From contig NC_057718.1 in the NCBI RefSeq assembly GCF_004010195.1, forward strand, positions 27,011,631-27,075,630: a DNA stretch of 64,000 nucleotides, in the 5' to 3' direction. Of the stretch, positions 37,310 to 49,719 are shown piece after piece. Both the position numbers and the translations under genes were made by a program. Position 1 is the first letter of the stretch. Every line of letters begins with the position of its first letter. The notes below the pieces were generated by a model. It was not told where the DNA came from and did not search any database. It saw only the letters and a program-made list of their open reading frames with translations. Source of the stretch: Chiloscyllium plagiosum (Eukaryota).

Positions 37310-37521
37310 AGGAGAAAGTGAGGTCTGCAGATGCTGGAGATCAAAGTTGAAACTTTATTGCTGGAACAGCACAGCCGGTCAGGCAGCATCCAGGGAACAG
37401 GAGATTCGACGTTTCGGGCACAGGCCATTCCTGAAGAAGGGCCTGTGCCCGAAACGTCGAATCTCCTGTTCCCTGGATGCTGCCTGACCTGCTGTGCTGT
37501 TCCAGCAATAAAGTTTCAACT
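37310..37521. mobile_element. Young PLE-derived fold-back element (family A) inserted in a LINE tail
   Basis: 83-bp inverted arms (37344-37426 and 37440-37522) with one mismatch, plus a 34-bp tail. 13-bp TSD TGGAAGTAAGACC at 37297-37309 and 37522-37534. Confidence 0.92.
37427..37462 (+). ncRNA. Minimal type I hammerhead ribozyme motif (PLE type), intact core
   Basis: ATTC-CTGAAGA-A-GGGC-ctgt-GCCC-GAAAC-GTC-GAAT. Stem I attc/gaat, stem II GGGC/GCCC, loopless palindromic stem III ACGT, GUC cleavage triplet. Confidence 0.8.
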
Positions 37522-38649
37522 TGGAAGTAAGACCGTTCAGCCCATCGAGTCCACTGCATCATTTAATCATGGCTGATGGGCACTTCAACTCCACAAAAAT
37601 TGCAACGTGCACATTGGTCAAAATGCAGGCTAAAATATTGTAATAGAAATTGTAAAGCAAAAATATTTTAGATTTTGCTTTAAAATTATCTAATAATTAA
37701 TCAATATGGAGACATTTAACAAGATGCCACAAACATGACATTTTCAGGATCAAATCTGTTAGCAATGAATCAGATTGAAAATGTGAAATAAAATTGGAAA
37801 CTTTTGCCTGATCAAATGAAATGTGCTTTTGATGGCATTCTAACAGAGATAAAAGACTGAGAAAGGGGAAGTTCTGGCCAAATCGGCTTCTTTCATTGAT
37901 TACTGGTGGTAGGGAGGATATAAAGTAGAGAGTGATTAGCCACAATTTGAGGATTTCTGCATCCACACTATATCCAGACTTTTCAGTCCATTCCAAAGAA
38001 TGGTGATAAAAATATCAATAACTCACCATCTAAACTTTTGAAAAATTCAAGCCATTGGAGTTTTGAAATGATGCAGAAGCCATCGACTTTGCATTGAAAA
38101 TAAGCTGATAGATCAGTGGTAAATGGCCCATGAATGAGCATATATGGCTTTGCCAGGTGACTCCAGTTTCATGGTTATAAAGTAATTTCATAAAATGTTT
38201 ACTTACAGAGATAATGAATCAATTGAAGAAAAGAGAACAAAAATACTTGAAGGGGAGGTCATTGCACCCCTCAAAGTTTATGTGGAGAGCAATGTTTGAA
38301 AACAAAGATTTCTGTTTCCTAAGTAAAGAAGAAAGACAGTCAAATCAGTTTGAAGTTTATATTTAAAAATTGCAGAGTTAAAACTCTCAAAAAAGATAAG
38401 GTATTAATCCTTTGCTCATAAATGAATATGAATAAGTGCATTTATACAACTAATGAAATACAGCAGATTATGCAACAAATCCACTATCTGTGAGCATGCT
38501 TGTTAATGGATTTCTTCATCTCCTAAAAAGCTGCAAAAAGATGAAGTGGTGCATGATGCTTTCCTGTTATAAAAGTAAGAAATGTAGAAAGCAAAGTAGG
38601 GCCTTGGATGTTGTAGAACAGAGAGACCTAAGGTTTCAGGTACATCATT

Positions 38650-39260
38650 ATTTGAGTTTTGTGTAGACAGAGTAGTTAAGGCATTTAGCACACTTACCTT
38701 CATTGCTCACACCTTTTGAGTATAGAAGTTAGGACATCATGTTGAGTTTGTACAGGATGTTGGCGAGGCCTTTTCTGGAGTACTCTATCCATTTTACAGG
38801 AAGGATATTATTAAGCTGGAGCGGGTTGAGAAAAGATTTACCAGGAAGTTGCAAGGAATGGAGAGTTTCAGTTACAAGAAGAGGCTGGGACTTTTTTTCA
38901 CTGAAGCGTAAGAGTTGAGGGATGACTTTAGAGAGGTTTATAAAATCGTGAGGTATATAAAGAAGGGTCAATGCGAGGTCTTTTTCCCTAGGGTGGGAGG
39001 TCTCAAGACGAGGGGTCAGATTTTAAGTTGGGAGGAGAAAGATTTAAAAAAGACTTGATGTGCATTTTTGTTAACACAGAGTAGTTCATTTATAGAATGA
39101 ATTTCCAGAGCAAGTTGTGGGTGAGGGTACAGTTAAAATGTTTAAAAGACGTGTATAAGAATATGAATAAGAAACATATGGATGTCTTTGGGCCAAGTGC
39201 AGGGATTATGATCAGCATGGACTGGTTGGACATAAGGTCTGTTTCCATGCTGGACTACAA
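38650..39260 (+). mobile_element. Old CR1 3' fragment
   Basis: LYRMLARPFLEY...KLERVEKRFTR-like frame and CR1 3' UTR remnants. Confidence 0.75.
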
Positions 39261-39406
39261 ACAGGAATTATTGATGAGAAAATGAAAGTTAATAACTAAG
39301 TGGATAAAGTTAATGAGTTGAGATTGCTGTTGTTAGCCTTGTTAAAATCTACGCTGAACAAAGTTAGAATTCTGATTTAAGGCACAACTTCCTTCATGCT
39401 TTGCAG

Positions 39407-39508
39407 GTCAGTGGGCCACGTATGGACATGACGCTTGCGGAACTACAGGAGATGGCAACTCGGCAGCAACAGCAGATTGATTCCCAGCAGCAACTTTTGG
39501 CAACAAAG
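39407..39508 (+). CDS. TP53BP2: ASPP2-family coding exon (exon 5 equivalent), start of Gln-rich coiled coil
   Basis: ttgcag|GTC...AAG|gtac, 102 nt. Translates [34 protein letters not shown]. Confidence 0.96.
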
Positions 39509-39563
39509 GTACACGTACATAATCATTATTTTAAAGCAAGGTGAGAACTGTCCAAAACAACTA

Positions 39564-39998
39564 CCGTATATAGACGAGTAATAGTTGAATTTTTTTGATT
39601 ACTTTATAAAGTTAGATTTATGGGGTTGACTATTACATGGATACTATTTTTGAGAGGCTGAAATTCTTGCCTGTCACAATTCATACCGTATCATTTAGCA
39701 GAAACCAATTGATCTCTAAACGAATAAAGTAAAAAACCTACGAATTGTGGTAATTCTGAAGTCCGAGAGTAGAACACGACAGCCAGCGAACTGGAAGACC
39801 GGGAGCAGAGCAGAACACTGGCATACTGGAAAGCTGGAGCAGAACTTGATGGCCGGCGCACTGACTCATAAACGTTGATCTGTTAACTGTGGAGAACTAG
39901 GGTTGACTTGTACACGAGATATATGGAAAATTCTAGATTGTTTGGCCAAAAATAAGGGATCAACTTCTACGAGATCAACTGTTACTCTGTATATACAG
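39564..39998. mobile_element. Tc1/mariner-superfamily (Tc2/pogo-like) non-autonomous DNA transposon
   Basis: TA|ccgtatatagacgagtaatagttga ... tcaactgttactctgtatatacag|TA: imperfect TIRs and TA TSD. Internal gggttgac repeats. Confidence 0.8.
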
Positions 39999-40359
39999 TA
40001 CATTTCTTATATTCCTTTGCCTCACTTCCATGTGGAAACGTACCGAGTTTTGACTTGATACATTACTATGACGACAGCATTCAAATTTTCTTCTCTTGTC
40101 TGTATTGGTTGGATTTCAGTTCTGTTGCCTTTGGATGTATACTTTTTGGCACCTTGACTATTCATTTTCCTATTCATACCTGGCCTCATCTAAAATATTG
40201 TGATTCTCATTCTGCCCTGAATCTATTTCCCTTATTCCGTAGGCATCCACTTTTTCCTTGACCTGTGTCATAGGTGATTTCAATATCTTTGCTTCAAGAG
40301 TAAAAATGTTTATTTTTTTCACTGCTGTTGTTCCTGCAGCTTCTTCTATCATTTGACTG

Positions 40360-41040
40360 TAAGACATAGGAGTAAGCCATTTCAGATCATCAAGTCTGCT
40401 CTGCCATTCAATAAGATCATAGTTAATCTGAGAATCCTCAACTCAATTTGCCTTAGTTCTCTTACTGGTCAAAAATATGTCTGTCTCAAACTTAAATATA
40501 CTTAACGGCCAAGTCTTAACAGCCCTCTGCTGTAAAGTAATTCCACATACTCTACTACCCTCTGAGAGAAGAAATTACCCGAATCTCTGTGTTAAGTATG
40601 CAGCAACCTTATTCTGAGATTATGCCTCTGGTCCAAGACACACTCCATATCAAGTTCCCTCAGAATCCTTTATATTACAATAAGGTAGCCTTTCAATCTA
40701 CTATATTCAAAATGTGGAGCCCCAATCTACTTGACCACTCCTCATAAAACAATCCACACCTGGAATCAGCATTGTGAACCTTATCTGAACTATTTCTAAT
40801 CACAATATATCTTCCATTAAATTAGTGGAGCAAAACTGTTCAATATTCTAGTTGTGGTTTGACTGTTGCAGCAAAACCTTCTTGCTTAGATACTCCATTC
40901 CTTCTGAAATAGAGGCCAACGTTCCATTTTCCTTCCCTATTACCTGCCAAACTTGGGTGCTAATATTTTGTGATTCATTGACAAGGTGTCTCAAGAATCC
41001 CTCTATTCTGTAGTTTTGTTCTGCAATCTTTCTCCATTTA
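40360..41040 (-). mobile_element. Old CR1-group LINE fragment
   Basis: Tail gtaagacataggagtaagccatttcag at the left end, followed by decayed RT C-terminal sequence. Confidence 0.6.
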
Positions 41041-41699
41041 CTTGCAAGTTGACTGTCAAAATTTATTTTCTTTTTTTGGTTGTCTTCTGTGGGTTTCTAA
41101 AACTTGCAAAATTCTCTGGTTTACCACTAACATTTACCACATTGTATGTTTTTATTTTAATAAAATCCTATCCTTTACTTAACTGATAAACTCCGGTTAG
41201 TTTCTCCCTTTGCTAAAATTCTCCTTCCTCGCTGCAATGTATCTTTGCTGTGAGCTATGAACTATTTTGTTAAACATCTGTCATTGTTCCTCAACTGTCT
41301 TTATTCCTGTCCCTGTTCACACCTGCTTGTTCTGTCCTAATTTCTTTGTAATTGCCCTTCTTTAAGCTGAGCACAGTTGTTCCCAACCCAAATTCCTCTT
41401 AGTCACACTGAATGCTAAATCACTGTTTCTTAGGAGCTCTTTTTCTGGTATCATTTAATAAACATGTTGTTACATATTGGTTGTTCTGTCTTGACCTTCT
41501 ATTTATCGTTCTGTGTATCTCGCTTTTTCTTTCTCTACTCTATAAAATACCTAACATATGTTGTTGCATCCTTATTGAGAAGCAAGCAGGAAAGTGGAGT
41601 GGAAATCGAAAGTCAGCCATATTAAATGGTGGAACAGGCTCAACAGGTCCGACAGTCTACCCCTACTTATGTTCTTAAATCTATCCCCATCTTTTCCAG

Positions 41700-43030
41700 A
41701 ACACCATATCTGAATTCTTCACAGATTTCAGCATGCCATCCCCCACAGTACCACAACAGTTCCAAAGCTATTACGATCCCATGTGGCTTTGACATGGGTA
41801 AACCTCTCTTCTACTCTTTGACCTGTCTGTACCCTTTGACACAATTGGATGCACCATCTTGCTTCGGTGCCTCTTGGCTGTCATTGCTGGGTGGCACAGC
41901 TGTCACCCAGTTCCATTCCTACCTCTCTAATTACCAAAGATCATCATTTGCAAAGGCGTCTCTTCTTGATTCAGTACTGTTACATCTAGTGCGCATAAAG
42001 GACCAATCCTCAACCCCCTACTATTTCTCATCTGCTCGCTGTCCCTTGGCAAGATCACTTGGAAAGCTTAATGGTAATTTTCATAGGCACATAGATGGCA
42101 TTGAGATTTAAGTCTCGGTTTCATCTCTTGCTTTCTATGCTGTTGTTCAGTTACTAGACTTCTTATCCAACATGCAGTATGGGATGAGCAAAAATTTCCC
42201 TTTAAACATTGGTAAAACTGAAACTATTTCCTTTGATCCCTGCTCCATACTCTGTTCCATGTGTGTGGACTCCATGACTCTGTGTTTAAACACAATCTGT
42301 TAATAATTTTGTATCATAGTTGATGTTTCATAATCAACCTGTTCAGAGATGTTATTACACATTTCTGGAGCAATTGTGATTTGAACCCAGGCTTTCTGGT
42401 TCAAAAGAAAGGATATTGCCATTGAACCAAAAGAGCCCCTTGTGTTATATTTGATCCTGATATGTCTCCTGACCTCATCATTTCTGCCAAGGTCAAGGCA
42501 CCCAATTTCCACCTGATGTAGCATTGCCCAATTTCATCCCTGTTTCAGCTCATCTTGTTATCCATGTCTTCTTTGCCTTTTGACTTGGCAATTCCAACAT
42601 ACCCTGATCTGATAATCCAATTTACCCTCCACAAATGTGTGAGCATCCAAACTCGTCGGCCTGTGTTTCACACTTAGATGTTCACCATTCACCTATGATT
42701 CCTGTGCTTATTGACTGACTTTGGATCCCAGTCAAATGCAATCTTAATTATAATACTTTCAGTCTTGTTTTCAAATCATTCATAGCCTCATTTCTCTGTA
42801 ATTCTGTAAAGACCCTAAGTCCCACATTGTTCCAAACCATTTGTGCTCATCTAATTCTGGCCTGTTGTGTGTTGTTGTTTTACTTCTTCCTCTTTTGATG
42901 GCTGCGACTTCAATTGCCGCAGTCCTGAGCTCTGAAATTCTTCCCTGTACTTTCCTGTCTCTCTAGCTTGATTTACGTGCTTTAAATTCTTATTAAGGTC
43001 TGTCTTTTAAACCAAGATTTTAGTAATGTG
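41700..43030 (+). mobile_element. Decayed L2-like LINE (RT to 3' end) with a nested short SINE at about 42322-42440
   Basis: FHSYLSN.QR and G..Q.PILNPLLFLICSLSLG (L2-type QGSILGPLLFLIY.LPLG), plus LNIGKTE.I.F. Confidence 0.6.
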
Positions 43031-43597
43031 ACCTAATAACAGCTAATATATGTCTCCCACACCTGAAATAGGCTTGTGCCGAGCGGTGAGCCGGGGGACG
43101 TTTGTTTTTGTTGGTATTTTAGCAGTGATGTGAAAAGTACCTGGCAGCCCTCCGGCTCTTCGGCCACTTGGGGCTCATAAGTGAGATTCTGCCTTGTGAA
43201 AACTGGCCTGGAGACACAGGTTGATGTGGGGATCCTGTTGGTTGAGAACCATCTGGCCCAAGTTTGTCTGCCCCCACTGAAAGATTATTCCCACCATGCT
43301 GAAAACTCCCACTTGTTTACATTGTTCATTGTTTCATTGTCACTGCTGTCCCTCCAGTTGATTGACAACTCATGGAGGTGGAGTATTCTGTGTTAAAGGG
43401 ATTGAAGCCTTGAATGCAAGCAGTTGAGTGCATGAGCAACACAAAATTGAGTTATGGTTTTGAGGACTTAAGGAGACAGGCTTGCATCTGACTTTCTGCC
43501 TGGTGGACTTTCCACTACCACCTCGTAAAATCCCGATTAATACGTCCTTATGTGGTTTGGTGTCTTTCGTTTTCCTTTATAATACTTCTGTGAAGTT

Positions 43598-44095
43598 CAT
43601 AGAGCCATAGAGTTATACAGCATGGAAACAGACCCTTCACACCAACTGATGTATGCTAACCAAGTTTCCCAAACTACACTAGCCCTATTTGCCTGCATTT
43701 GATCCATATCTTTTTAAACATTTCCTATTCACTTATCTGTCCATATGTCTTTTAAATGGTTGTAACTGTACTTGCATTTACCACTTCCTCTGGCAGTTCA
43801 TTCCACATATGAATCATCCTTTATGAAAATGTTGCCACTCAGGTCCCTTTTAAATCCTTATCCTCTCACCTTAAACATATGCCCCCGAGTTTTGAACTCC
43901 TGCATCACAGGAAAAAGATCTTTACTCTTCACTTTATCTGAGCCCCTCATGACTTTATAAACCTCCTATCAGGTTGCACATCAACCTCCTTCATTCCAGT
44001 GGAAAAATGTCCCAATCTTATCCTGGTAAATATTTTTAAACCGCCTTTAATTTAATAACATCCTTCCTATGTACAGAACTGTACATAGTACTCCA
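43598..44095 (-). mobile_element. CR1 3' fragment
   Basis: catagagccatagagttatacagcatggaaacagaccc tail and homology to 17418-17900. Confidence 0.8.
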
Positions 44096-44537
44096 AGGTC
44101 CGTCAGATGCTTTATTATGTTTAAGGTTCAAGCGTGAGGTGGCAGTTGTTAAACTTAAACTACCACTGCTGATTTGTCTCAAATTTTATTCTTTAATCCT
44201 CAGACTTACAGTGGCTTTCCCATTTCAAAAACCTGGCCCAGGCACCAAGTTCTCCTCCTAGTCTGTAGAATTCTGAATTAATTTTTAGTTCTTAATAAAC
44301 AATATACTTTTTGTCAAAATATCCAGCAAAACACATTCTTTATGTGCAGATAGTGATGTGTTGCTATCCAAAATTGTTATCAGCAGGCAAATGTTCCCAA
44401 TCAAGAGTGTGTCAAATGCCTTTTTGGAAAGTTTCTATCACATCTGCTTCCAGATCCTTCCAGAACATAACACAATGTTTATATTTTTAAACATTTCCTC
44501 AACCTTTTCATTGCTTGGCCAGTCACCTTAACTCGGA

Positions 44538-44716
44538 CAAAATGAGGTCAGCAGATGCTGGACATGAGAGTCGAGAGTGTAGTGCTGGAAAAGCACAGCA
44601 TCCGCGGAGCAAGAGATTCGACGTTGGTTTCCTGATTAAGGCTTACGCTCAAAACATCGATTCACCTGCTCATTGGATGCTGCCTGACCTGCTGTGCTTT
44701 TCCAGCACTACACTAT
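44538..44716. mobile_element. PLE-derived fold-back element (family A), older
   Basis: Arms agtgtagtgctggaaaagcacagca and tgctgtgcttttccagcactacact. Degenerate cctgattaaggcttacgctcaaaacatc core and an imperfect TSD. Confidence 0.75.
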
Positions 44717-46859
44717 AGGCCACAATCACCTTAACTGTGTTTTCTTTTACTGGAGGGAGGATTGGAAACCAAAAGTAGCTTCCTTATTTATTCTTTCAAC
44801 ACACTTCTTAATTTTAAATACTTCAGTTAAATGTCCCCCTCACCTTCTCTGTCCTAAGAATAATACCAATTTCTGCCATTTCTCTACCTAATAATTAAAT
44901 TGAATAATTGAGAATTGGATTAAAAATAATAATTTGTTGAGAAATAAAACAGTTGCACATTCCTATCTTTCTTTAATAATAAAAGATTTGTCCTTCAGTG
45001 ATTCCTCATCATTCAAAATTACAGTGCCATCTAAGGTTCTCTGAGGAAGGAATCACAGTGGTCCAATCAAATAGATTTTCGAGCACCTTTGACATTATTC
45101 AGTAGATAGATACTGCCAATAGTCTTAGCTGTTGCAATTACCCATATAAGAACTGTCGCATGTAATCTGTTGTGAAGAAGAAATTTGTTTGAGACGTTTG
45201 GTGCAATAGATGTTATTGAATATTCACACTTTTTAAAAAAGTTAGATAAAAGGAAGAAAGAACAGTCAGGGAATCTTGGGATGGTTTAAAAATTCCCAAA
45301 TTGTTTGTGTCATTTGTTGCATGATTAGAATTGTGGCTGAATAATCAATCAGTGTGAATCCGCTGTGTGATTGAGGGTTTGAATTTTTGCTTTTCAACTT
45401 TCTTTTTAGAACACTTCTTAAAATGATACAGTTTTAGTGTTCTGAAATCCATACAATTGTAAAATGATTATAGCTTGGTAGGAGGCCAGTTGACCAGTTG
45501 TGTTCATGCCCGTCCTCTCCTCCATTAATCTTAATTCTCTGGCTTTTCTTTGTAGACCTGCAATTTTTTTTTTCTCTTCAGATAATTAATCCATTTCCCT
45601 TCTGGATGTCACAATTGAATATAGCACCACTGCAATCTCAACCAATGCATTCCAGATTCTAAACTCTCATTGCATTAAAGTAAGAGTTGTGGTCATATCA
45701 CCTGTAGATCTTTGCTGATCACATTAACTTAATAGCTATGGTTATCGACCCTTCCAGCAACAGGAACAGTTGCTGCCCATCTGGGTCTGTCGTTTTCCCT
45801 CATTTATTTTGAACAGTTTTATCAAATTTTCTTTCAGTTTTCCCTTCTGTAAGGAGAGTAGCCCCAGTGTCACCAATTCATGCATGTAGTTAAGTCCCAT
45901 CATTCCTAGAATCATTCTCAAAACATTTTTTACATTCTTTCCAGTGCCTTCATGTCCTCCTTAAAGTGTGATGTCCAGAATTTGTTATGAGCGTTGAACT
46001 GAGGCTGAACTGGTGTTTTGTAAAAGTTTATTTACAATATTTAGTGGATTTAATTTTCAACTTAGTTGCTTTTATGCACTGTGCCTCTATTTATAAAAGC
46101 CAGGTTCCTTATGTCTCCCTAACTACTTTGTTAGCCTTGTTATTAAAATTTATATAATACTCTTTAGAAACCTCTTTAGAATTGTCTTTGTCATTCTTCC
46201 TAGCAGCATCTATCATTTTACACAATTTTTGCATTAAATTTCATTTCCATGTGTTTCCGCATTCTATCAGCCTCTCTGTTCTCGATTGAAATCTATGTGA
46301 TCCTCCACACTGGTCACAATACTTTCAAAATTTGTCATCTACAAACTTTGATGATCTTAAAGTACTGGTTGGTTACATTTTAAATTCTAACATCTTTTGA
46401 GTTGGTTGAAGTTGCGCTATTTGTCTGATAGAGGGTGCTATGCTAATGCTACCTTTACAATACAGGTTGAAAAATACGTCAGTGTCTCGAATTAAATTGT
46501 TCCTTATCATTCAAGTCCTTCAGTGTTGTTTTCTGCCAAGAGAGCATTTTTTCCCAAATTTCATTCCTGTGTTTATAATAATCTTTTGGTACCAGAAAGA
46601 ATCTGGGTTTATTGACAGATTACAGATTAACTTTGCAAGTGACTTGCATTGCAATTGTGTGGTAACTGCATTGCAACCTGGAAATTATTATTACTGATAT
46701 CCGTGGATGAACACCTGAAATGTTTAAATCATGTGTTAAAGAAAAATGCTTAATGAATGAATTTAGTGTCTGTCATTAGCAGCAATAGTTATTTCCAAAT
46801 TTTATTGTTTTCTATAATATGTAATACAAGGTTTGTTAAAATAATCCATGTGTAGAGGG

Positions 46860-47295
46860 CATAGTCCTGAGAGAATAGGCTGAGGAAATTGCGTCTGTAT
46901 ACTTGGAGTTTAGAAGGATGAGAGTAATCTCGTTGAAACTGACATAATTCTGAAAGGGCTTGATGGGGTAAATGCTGAGAGATTGTTTCTGCTGCTTGAG
47001 AAAGCTAAAACATGTGGGAGCAGTCTCTCGACCAGGAGAATTGTGAACTGAGATGAGAAATGTCTTCACTCAAAGGGTTTGGTTGTCAGTAACTTTCTAC
47101 TCCATAATGTTGTGGATATACCATCATGGAGTGCTTTGAAAGATGAGATTGATGCATTTTTCAGTCTCAAAGAATTGAAGGATATGAAGAACAGGTAAGC
47201 AAGTGGAATTGAAGCCTGAAATCTGTTCTGATGAACTTAAATGGCAGAACAGACTTGACACCATATAATCTATCCCTCCTATTTCTTGTGTTCTT
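46860..47295 (+). mobile_element. Old CR1-group 3' fragment
   Basis: ttggagtttagaaggatgagag..aatctcgttgaaac...ttcttcactcaaagggtt. Confidence 0.65.
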
Positions 47296-47477
47296 AGTTC
47301 TTGAATCTTTCTTTGATCTTAAATTATCTTCTGTCAGGGAAGGAGGAGGCTGTTTGATATAGCAGTTTGAAGTTCTTATATCAAGTGTTCTGTTGCCTAA
47401 GTTTGCCTCCAAGTGCAAGTCTAATATTTTTGCTGGTTGTGTGTAATATCTGTTTATTTTCCACACTGGATTTTTAG

Positions 47478-47649
47478 GAACAACACCTGAGATACTTGAA
47501 ACAGCAGGACCATCGGGAGCAACAGGCAGCAGAGCAAGAGAAGCTACAAAAGCTTCGTGAGATTGCTGAGTGCCAGGAAGCCAAATTGAAGAACGTAAGG
47601 TCTCTTAAAGGGCAAGTGGAACAAAACCGACTTAGCAATGGAAAGCTGG
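47478..47649 (+). CDS. TP53BP2: ASPP2-family coding exon (exon 6 equivalent), coiled coil
   Basis: ttttag|GAA...CTGG|gtaag, 172 nt, phase 0-1. Translates EQHLRYLKQQDHREQQAAEQEKLQKLREIAECQEAKLKNVRSLKGQVEQNRLSNGKL. Confidence 0.95.
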
Positions 47650-48086
47650 GTAAGTTATAATTATGAAGACTTTCCACTTGTCAAATGTTTTAAAACTTGT
47701 ATCATTGCAGCCTTCAATTTCCTTGTGACCTGCATTTGAAAACGCGGAATTAAAATGAGCATATTTTAATGGCTTCAGTTTCACATCAGGAATTGTATCT
47801 TTTTCCCATATTTCTTAAACTTAATAAAAATTGCTCTAACTAACTTTGTTTTTCATCTGCTGAGGCTTAGAATCTTTATCAGAATCTTTGGCCTTGACTT
47901 AAGAATTAATCTAAAACAATATTTCGAAATGTGATGTCTAGTTAAACCACTATTACTGAACTTGAGAGTTCTTGTAAGCAGTGTTTTTTTAAATTCTTAA
48001 TTCATTTTATTTGTGCTCTGCTAAGTTTTAGTTTGGGGATCAATGAGTTTATTTCTGGGATTTTGCTGTGTTGAGATATACAAGTC

Positions 48087-48904
48087 CCAGGAGGACCAAT
48101 TCCAATACCGAACAACCCAGATGGCCTCCTTCTGCAAAGACTGTAATTTCCCCTCAGACATGGTTGACGATGCTCTCCACCGCATCTCCTCCACTTCCTG
48201 CCCCTCCAATCGCCACCAGGACGGAACCCCACTGGTCCTCACCTACCACCCCACCAACCTCCATATACATTGTATCATCCTTCGTCATTTCCGCCACCTC
48301 AAAACAGACCCCACCACCAAGGATATATTTCCCTCCCCTCCCCTATCAGCATTTCAGAAAGACCACTCCCTCCACGACTCCCTCGTCAGGTCCACACCCC
48401 CCACCAACCCAACCTCCACTCCCGGCACCTTCCCCTGCAACCACAAGANNNNNNNNNNNNNNNNNNNNNNNNNNNNNNNNNNNNNNNNNNNNNNNNNNNN
48501 NNNNNNNNNNNNNNNNNNNNNNNNNNNNNNNNNNNNNNNNNNNNNNNNNNNNNNNNNNNNNNNNNNNNNNNNNNNNNNNNNNNNNNNNNNNNNNNNNNNN
48601 NNNNNNNNNNNNNTCCCCTCCCCCCACCTTATTTCAGTCCCAACCCTCGGACTCAGCACCACCTTCTTGACCTGCACTCTTCTTCCCGACCTCTCCGCCC
48701 CCACCCCCTCTCCGGCCTATCACCCTCACCTTAACCTTCTTCCACCTATTGCATTCCCAACGCCCCTCCTCCCTACCTTTTATCTTAGCCTGCTTGGCAC
48801 ACCCTCCTCATTCCTGAAGAAGGGCTTATGCTCGAAACGTCAATTCTCCTGCTCCTTGGATGCTGCCTAACGTGCCACGCTTTTCCAGCAACACATTTTT
48901 CAGC
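48087..48904 (+). mobile_element. 5'-truncated Penelope-like element (family A) with hammerhead at 48810-48845
   Basis: + frame TPLVLTYHPTNLHIHCIILRHFRHL...DSLVRS...GTFPC (PLE linker). pLTR reads attcCTGAAGAaGGGCttatGCTCGAAACGTC. TSD TATACAAGTC at 48077-48086 and 48905-48914. Confidence 0.88.
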
Positions 48905-49719
48905 TATACAAGTCATCTGTCTAGATAGGGGAGCTACACTTAGTTTTGAGACCACCAAAAGTCAATTCAAGCTAAAATGGGGACTGTAAAAGCACAATTT
49001 TATAGATTTTTAAAACAAAAATTGAAAATACTGTAAGCAAACTGCCGATCACTCAACATTCAAAGCAATCAGTTTTATGTGATCTGCAGTTCTTTGTGTT
49101 GTCTTCAAAGTTTTTGCCTGTTCTTTGTGTTTAATACATTATATTCTGTTTTGCTTGATATCTGGTAGCTATAAGTATTTAAAAGTAAGTATTATTTCTT
49201 GGTCACTAATTCCACAATGAAGCCTTTACCTTTCACTCTTGAGGTAATACAATTTGCATTTAAATAGGTTCTTGGAAACGAATCTGGAACATGGATGCCT
49301 TTTTGTAATGTTACTTTTGATTCGTTTGAAATGAGTGATTTGATTGTTTGCAATCCATAATTCGAGACAAGCCCAGTGGTCTTTAAATAGAAAATTTAAG
49401 AACAAGCTTGCTAAATGAGTGTTCTCATCATATTCCAGTAAAAATTTTCAAGGCCTCAAGATTGCTTATACATAATCTCCATAGCTGTCCTATTTGTTTT
49501 TCCAATTTGTTGTGAATGAATGAATTCTTGCAGCTAATAGTTGCAGTGACATTTGAACCTTCCCCTAATCTAAAGGCAGTGCTCCCTCCAATTTTGGTTT
49601 TTCACTGCACAGACCTCAGAGGTCCACGCGTGGTATCGACTTGTAAAACCAGAGGTTAATGCTCTGGCATGCCAATTGGCATGCACAGAACCTTGGAGCA
49701 ACTGCGCAGCACAGAGAGT

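Noticed and set aside
37344..37522. Hairpins as miRNA precursors, terminators or CRISPR repeats
   Set aside because: They are dispersed, TSD-flanked and homologous to PLE termini. There is no spacer array and the context is eukaryotic.
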